A stretch of 64,000 nucleotides of DNA from Eledone cirrhosa (taxonomy: Eukaryota): assembly GCA_964016885.1 (NCBI GenBank), contig OZ024752.1:14508001-14572000 (forward strand). The letters run 5' to 3'. The notes beneath the pieces were generated by a model, which worked only from the letters and a program-made list of their open reading frames with translations, was not told where the DNA came from and did not search any database. Positions 56,028 through 64,000 of this stretch are shown one piece after another. The position numbers and the translations under genes were made by a program. The stretch's first letter is position 1; every line of letters starts with the position of its first letter.

Positions 56028-56190
56028 TGTTTCTACTTTTGGCACAAGGCCAGTAATTAGCCCAGTGTATTACGTAAGGATGAAAGGCAAAGTTAACATC
56101 GGCGGGATTTGAACTCAGAATAGCAAGGACCGTAACTCTATGCGTCAAAGCATGGCGTCCGACCCTCTACCGATACTGCCAATCCACCAC
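56028..56190 (-). mobile_element. tRNA-derived SINE copy
   Basis: Same family as 50760-51170. Confidence 0.75.
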
Positions 56191-56312
56191 CTGTATGTAT
56201 ATAATACCATATAATACATAAGCATGATCCTCATACGAAAGGAGTTATGTAGCTTGCATTGTACCAACCTGGTATTAGGGTACCACAGGCAAATAGTCAA
56301 CACCATAAATCG

Positions 56313-56600
56313 ATCATGTGAAATATCGTTCCTAATAGAGATAATACATATAGATACACAACTGCCTGTATATAGAAGAGGTAAATCGATCATCTGAAAT
56401 ATCGTTGCTAATAGAGATATTATATCGATAGAGAACTGCCTTTATATAGAAGGAGCAAATAGATCATGTCAAATATTGTTGCTAATAGAGATAATATATC
56501 GATACACAACTGCCTTTATATAGAAGGAGCAAATAGATCATGTGAAATATTGTTGCTAATAGAGATAATATATCGATACATAACTGCCTTTATATAGAAG
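56313..56600 (+). repeat. ~74-bp minisatellite x~4
   Basis: atcatgtgaaatat..ctaatagagat..aactgcct.tatatagaag recurs at 56313, 56389, 56463 and 56537. Confidence 0.85.
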
Positions 56601-57833
56601 AGAGTAATATCTACCAATAATTATATTAACTGCAACGTTTCATTGATTTCAATAAAATATCTTTCTACGTGTTGGTGGATGTTTCTTGTAGACCTTATTT
56701 TCCACTTAAGGTGTTCACCAGTTTTTATTTTGTCGTACTTATTCATCCTACGAAGCCGTACCTATTAAAATTACGCGTTGTACTTTGGCACTGACGGAAT
56801 AATTAAGAAATACTTAAAATGTTATGATCAAATTATGATCAGATTATTGAACACTTTCAATTTAATTTGCTGTGTATTATATGTTTGCTCCTGTATTGTA
56901 CACCGTCTCTAGCTTAATGTGATGTTGTAGATATATTGTCATTTAATTAATGTTAATTTACTTTTCGTCAACTTTACAAATTATATTTGAATTGTATATC
57001 CTGGTATTCCATAATAAGATTACCAATATAATCTTCCATTCGTAAGAAATTAGCATTTCTAGCATTGCTAATTAACGAATATGATAATTGATTTAGATCC
57101 GTTTTTAAAGGTTTCGTACTTGTTATTTAGATTTGATGTGACTGCTTAAAAAGATGATATTTCTAGTGTCTTCAATTGAGTCTTATTTCTCAAGAGTTTA
57201 CCAGGAAATTATTTTATATACAGTGGCCGTACATTTACATATACCATTATGAATAAATTATTTCATAGCCGCAATGTTTATTATACTGCCTTGAATATGA
57301 ACGTGTCCCCTTATTTTCCTTTGAAAGGGAAACATCTATATTTCACAGGTAAATACAGCATATAGTTTTAAAAAACACCAACGTAATTACTATACACGAA
57401 ATATCAATTGCAATATGCTTGTCTTAATTATGCTTCATTAATATCAATAAAATATTTACAAACGCACGGATAGAGTTATTCTTCTTTCACATCCGCATTG
57501 TTTTCTCTGCCTCGAAATGGAAAGAACTTCCGACAAGACTAATTTTCGTCTGACGATAAAATATAATTAGGAGTTGTATATATTCTTTTACGTTGTTCAT
57601 ATGAGTATTTGCAATGAAATATAATTTTCACTAATTGTTTCTGCATGAATATATATGTTACACTTGAGAGTTATGTAATATAGTTAAGATTACAGTGATC
57701 GACAAAAAACCCGCATATCTCTTACTGTAGATGTGTTGATAAGAAGAAACGATATAGGCAATATATAGAATGGAATGGATCTCCCTCGCTTTCGACGAGG
57801 CGTGACCCGAGTTACACACACGCACACACACGC

Positions 57834-57888
<55 letters not shown>

Positions 57889-57890
<2 letters not shown>

Positions 57891-58002
57891 GGAAAAGAGT
57901 CAGGACACCTACGGCTGAGCTCCGGCCGTTTCGAGAGGTAGATCCGGATCTAGCTGTCAAAACGGCCGGAGCTCAGCCGTCGGGGACCTGACTCTTTTCC
58001 TA
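57889..58002. repeat. 114-bp GC-rich fold-back palindrome
   Basis: taggaaaagagtcagg...tagatcc|ggatcta...cctgactcttttccta, centre 57945/57946. Confidence 0.9.
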
Positions 58003-58080
58003 TTACTCACTCTACTACACTAAGTATAGAATACTCTGGTGCGTTATGGTCCACCTGGTATCTTAACACACCTTCTTTGT

Positions 58081-58145
<65 letters not shown>

Positions 58146-58570
58146 TAAGGAACATATGTTAAAATTTAATGGTAAAACATATGCCCAAGAGGAAGGAGCA
58201 TCCATTGGTGTTAGCATTGCAGGCGACATAGCTAACTTATTTATGGTATGGTGGGACAGTAGACTTAAACAAAAACTTAAAGAACAATTAGAAGACAGCT
58301 TAACCCTGATAATGTACTCCCGCTACGTAGATGATATAAACATTGTAGTTAAGACACCCCCACTAAAGAACAGTCAGGAACTAGAGAAAAACACAATGGA
58401 AAGCATCCAGCAAATAGCAAACTCCATCCACCAGAGCATTAGAGTTACTAGTTGCTATAGACTACCCAAGTAGACACCCCAACCATCGATTACCTGTACT
58501 AGACACAGAGCTCTGGTTAGATACCATTAACAACGAAAAACAAATCCTCCATTCCCATTATACCAAACCC

Positions 58571-59461
58571 ATGACTTCCAAACATCTGATCCACCGAAAC
58601 TCGGCCATTTCGGACCATACCAAAATCAACATACTGATTGCGGATTTGGTACGGGTGATGAGAAATGTGTCCCGTATGTGCAACCCCGAAGAACTAGAGA
58701 GCCACATACAACACTTCATCCACGGTATGCAGTTCTCTGGCTACAATCAGAGAGATAGAATCAGAGTGTATAAAGGAGCCAGAACCAAATGGGAAAAAAT
58801 GGTAAATACTGACATAAATGGGACCTGCCCCTTGTATAGGAGCAAATTTTGGAATAGAATAGAAAGAACTAGGAACAAGGCCAATAGAATAAACTCATGG
58901 TACGATAGCAATAAATACCAGAGTGTAATGTTCATCAATACAACCCCTAGAGGCGAACTAGCCTACAAATTTAGAAGGGCCCTAAATAAACATAAACTCA
59001 ATATTAAGATAGTAGAAAGACCAGGTACCTCGGTAAAAACACTTATTAGCAAGACATACCCGTTCCAAAGACCCTCATGTATAGATAAGAAATGTATAAC
59101 CTGTAAAATAAGCCCCCATATTAACTGTAAAACTAGAAATATAGTGTATATAATAAGATGTACTGAAGGACAATGTAGAAACAAAAATATAGTGTACATA
59201 GGTGAGACAGCTCGTAGTATAGGGGAACGAATAAATGAACACTGGCGAGACCTTCAAGATAATAAAGAATCATCTGTGCTCTACCAACATGCTGAGATAG
59301 AACACAGGGGTAGATTAGAGAACATAGAAATAAAAATAGAATCCACACACACAAAAGATGCAATGTTTAGGCAAATTACAGAGGCAGTAAGCATAAAAGA
59401 ATTACAACCAAAATTAAATACAAAATATGAGAGGAACAACAACATCACAACTTACAATTAA
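58571..59461 (+). pseudogene. PLE thumb/linker + GIY-YIG endonuclease (296-aa open segment)
   Basis: ORF track; IVY..YIGET..ER..EH GIY-YIG signature. Confidence 0.88.
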
Positions 59462-59687
59462 GGACAAAATGAAAACACACACAGGACAAAATGAAAACAC
59501 ACACACACATAGAACAAACAACCACCCAACAATAAATAAATAAATAAATAAACAAATAGATAAATGAACACAAACACACACAGACACCCGGATGTGGCGC
59601 ATGCGCAAACTGAGCACACAACACACAGAAACAAAATGGCGTAGGATAGAAGAAAGGAAAGGCACAGAAACAAAGAAAGGAATCCCC

Positions 59688-59732
59688 AGTCACTGAAGAG
59701 GTCACAGACTGTGTGACGAAAGAACTATGACT
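59688..59732 (+). ncRNA. Minimal type I hammerhead ribozyme in PLE 3' pLTR
   Basis: agtca CTGAAGA g-gtcac-agactgt-gtgac GAAA gaac TA tgact. Confidence 0.8.
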
Positions 59733-59954
59733 ATATATAAACAACTATCTGGTTGTGGAACCAACCAACCAACCAGAAATTTATAAATTTGTAGATTTGT
59801 AAATTTATAACTTTATAAATATATAATAAATTGAAGTGAATGTATCTGGTGCGTGTGTTTCTTATTGGCAACATGACACTCCCAAAGTATAACAATATCG
59901 GTTTCAACACACGATTTCAGATAAAGAATCTTGCTAAACAAATTCAGAAACGAA

Positions 59955-60025
<71 letters not shown>

Positions 60026-60169
60026 GTGTACTTTACCATACACTGTATGCTTAATCAAAAACATTTTGAAGACCTTACGCTATTGTTTTAAAGTAGTAAC
60101 AATGTCACTTACTTATATTTTCTATTAACCACGAACTAGATCACAATAAGCGTTTTCCTGCTTCCCTAA

Positions 60170-60588
<419 letters not shown>

Positions 60589-60778
60589 TAGATAAATCTA
60601 CCAAGAGTTTACGGTAGTGTCCAATCCGTATGAAGAACTCAATGTATTCCGGATATCATGGAAAGAAGAGATGTAATGAAAAACCACTTTCGGTGAAAGA
60701 TAAACGGTATACAGAGTCAAGATAAAATATTAAACAAATAATGAATAAACAATTCCTTATATTAAACAAAAAAAGTTC

Positions 60779-60927
60779 ATTATTTAACGATCGTTTCTAG
60801 GATATATATGTGTTAGAATTGGTATGCATATTCAACAGATCTATGTACAAAATTATACAAAATTATACAAATTATCAAGATTAAATATACATACCAAACA
60901 CATATATACGCCGTCTTCAGAAATAAT
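60779..60927 (-). ncRNA. Type I hammerhead ribozyme with very long stem II, in the inverted pLTR of the downstream PLE
   Basis: Minus strand: attattt CTGAAGA ..tatatatgtg..(~115 nt in total)..cacatatata.. GAAA cgatcg TT aaataat. Stem I has 7 bp; stem III is palindromic. Confidence 0.72.
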
Positions 60928-61745
60928 GAAGTATATTTATTGATAATAACAACAATTCAAAATTTCAGTTCAAAATTGACCAATGAAAACACAAATGGTT
61001 AAATGCAGTTTGGTGTGTGTATATACATGTAAAACCCTTACACATATTTTACAAAAATGTATGTATAATTTGTATACGCATACTAAAAGGATGGATGCAA
61101 ATACAAAATTTCAAGGTTAATGTCTCTGTAAGCTTACAATGCGCAGATAAGATGCGCATTGATACTTATGAAATCAAGTATATAAATATATTTTTTCATA
61201 CTCACACATATCAGTACAATCACACATACACGCGCGTATATGCATAAATATACACATAACCACGAACATACAAACACACACACACCCCCACTCACATTTA
61301 TATATGTGGATATAAAATCATAAGCACATGGATATTAATTCACTCACATAAAACACTGGTACACACATTTTTAGATCAAGATACAGAAATTAGGTGGGAG
61401 GGGGGGGGAGGGGTCAGTATTCAATTGTCTGAGCAGACTGCCTAATATAAATGTATCTATAAATTAAGAAAAATAAAAAAATAAAACAATAAAATATAAT
61501 AAATATAATATAATATACATACACATACATATATATACACATACATACATGTACACACACATAGAAATATTTACGCATACACATACACACATACATATAC
61601 AGTCATACACACACATACACCTACACGAACATACACATACACATATATAAAGATATATATATACACACACACGCACGCAACACATACACACATACACATA
61701 TATATAAAAAATAAATAATAAAGATATATACCCATATATATATAT

Positions 61746-61777
<32 letters not shown>

Positions 61778-62046
61778 ATATACATACACATACATCTAAA
61801 TATACATACACATACATACACACATACATGTACATACATGTACATATACGCACATCGACATACATATATATATATATATATACACACACATAGACATATA
61901 GATACATACACACACAACTTACATACACACATATATATATACATGTATATTCATACATAGAATTAGATATATAATCATACATACATATGTACTTACTTAT
62001 ACTCATATATACAAATACATACGCATCCATATATGCGTATATACAT

Positions 62047-63999
62047 AAAAAACCACTACAACCTCACATAAACTCAGACATACAAATAAAAATCCATGTC
62101 CACTCGGACAAAACTGGTAACTTGTATCATATGGATATTGAACATTATAATGAGTTCATATATAAAGAACTCAGAAAAAATTATAAAAAATCTAATAATG
62201 TGTCACTCACCAACATCAACAACAAAACACACAACATAGTAAAAAAACTAAACATTGAAGATAGAACTGAACCTTTGGCATTGAAAAGACCACACTTCAA
62301 CCTGAAAGATCACAAATCTAACTTTAACTCAAATCCTTCTATTAGACTTATATGTCCCTCCAAATCAGATATTGGAATAATTAGCAAAAAAATTTTAGAT
62401 AGAGTCATTCCACAAATAAGAAAACACGTTATTTTACCACTCTGGGAAAACACCTCCCAGGTAATTAACTGGTTTAAAAATATTAGGTGTAAATCTTCTG
62501 CTTCTTTCCTACAATTTGATATAGATAATTACTATTCTTCTATATCACCTATACTCCTGAACAAAGCATTGATATTTGCTAAAAATAGATCTAACTTAAC
62601 TTTGGATGACATTAACATTATTACACATGCTAGACTAACACTTATTGAATTTCAGAATGAATACTGGACCAGAAACACATACAGTAATCTTTTTGATATT
62701 ACTATGGGTTCAAGCGATTCCGCCCAAATTACTGATCTTGTGGGCCTCTTTCTCCTTTTCAACATAAATGCCTCTTTTCCCCACCTCAAAGGTGGTTTAT
62801 ATCGTGATGACTGTCTTCTTCTTTCTAACAACCTTAGCCTTTCAGAAATCGAAAAAAACAAAAAACATATTAGAACTTTCCTTAAAGACTATTATAATCT
62901 TAATATTACTTTTGAAAAAACAAGTAAAGTAGTAAATTTCCTAGATATAACTTTAGATTTAGCTACGGGTATCTACCAACCTTACCATAAACCTAACCAA
63001 AACTTACATTACATACACTCACAATCTAATCACCCTAAATCTATCCTTAAAAACCTTGCATATAATATATCACTTAGAATTTCTAACCTTTCTTCTAACC
63101 AAGATGTATTTGATAAAAATGCGACCTTCTATAACGAAGCTCTAGATAGAAGTGGCCACAAAAATAGATTAGAGTATATACCTTCTACTAAAAATACTGA
63201 AAGCATACAACATAATATTACCAACAAACACCAAATGAAAAGTACACACCTAAATGCCACCCACACTATACCCCAAAATACTAAATCTTCTAATATAAAG
63301 TATAGTAACTCTCAAAAAACTACTCATCATACAACTATAATAAATATTAATAATAAAACTCCTAATAAAAAGGATAAAACACCTAAATCTACAAATATAA
63401 CTAAAAATAGTTGTGGTGAGATCATTAACATTAATCCTCCTAGTAAAAATCACGATACAACCTATAAAAATAATAAAAATAATAAACAACATAGAAACCG
63501 TAATAGACGGGTTACTTGGTATAATGCTCCTTTTAATTTACAAGTTAAGGATAATATTGCTAAAAAATTTTTTTATATCCTTGAGAAAAACTTCCCGCCA
63601 AACCACAAATACCATCAAATCTTAAATAGGTCTACAGTTAAATTCTCATACTCTACAACAAATAACATAAAACAAAATATAAGTGCATATAATGCATATA
63701 AATGTAAGAAAACCATAAGTATACCACCAGTACATCAAATTAACCATAATATCTCCTCAAATACAGAATTAACGAAAGGATGTAACTGTAGAAACAAAGC
63801 AAACTGCCCATTAAAAGGGAATTGTCTTGTTAACAACATAGTCTATAAATGTAATGTTAAAACTAAAGATTCTATTTGCTCATATATAGGAGCTACCTCT
63901 AACAATTTTAAGACAAGGTTTAATACCCACAAGCATAGTTTTAAAAATGCCGCACTGGCTAATACAACATCTCTAGCAGAAAAAATCAATAGTTATAAA
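62047..63999 (+). CDS. Naiad-like Penelope element RT + GIY-YIG ORF, 5'-truncated, runs off the right edge
   Basis: Hand translation is open for ~650 codons: DKTGNLY, LKDHK.NF..NP..RLI.PSKS.IG, FDIDNYYSSI, FDITMGS.DSA, GLYRDD, VNFLDI, SNHP, WYNAPF, CNCRNKANCPL.GNC, IVYKC..YIGAT..FKTRFNTH. Confidence 0.9.
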
Positions 64000-64000
64000 A

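Larger units (their letters stand above)
58141..59955 (+). mobile_element. 5'-truncated Penelope-like element (RT C-half + GIY-YIG + HHR-bearing 3' pLTR)
   Basis: QEEGASIGVSIAGDIANLFM, RYVDDI, LPVLD, YTKPM; C-x4-C-x2-C linker; NIVYIIRC..VYIGETARSIGERINEH. One frameshift near 58450. Flanked by (TA)n. Confidence 0.9.

Overview
This is AT-rich, repeat-saturated animal genomic DNA. The SINE families and (TA)n abundance suggest a mollusc, probably an octopus (inference). No host gene is confidently identified. The main feature is a ~19 kb array of a 465-bp monomer: 39 head-to-tail copies at 20541-38751 plus a 2-copy inverted arm at 38752-39709, inserted in a (TA)n/CATC microsatellite. Each monomer carries a canonical type I hammerhead ribozyme (HHR) core (CUGAUGA...GAAA-CUAG-UC) inside a highly self-complementary unit. 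It therefore looks like a retrozyme (viroid-like circular-RNA retroelement) amplified into a satellite. Around it are four Penelope-like elements (PLEs) of at least three types, including one whose ORF1/RT junction fits a -1 frameshift and a long open Naiad-like RT/GIY-YIG ORF. There are nine further HHR-like loci in pLTR or fold-back structures, a decayed CR1-group LINE, a decayed Rep/PIF1 Helitron with an internally deleted sister copy, RTE-derived non-autonomous elements, tRNA-derived SINEs, a CRE-like fragment and long microsatellites. Most entries in the supplied ORF track are microsatellite or repeat artefacts.
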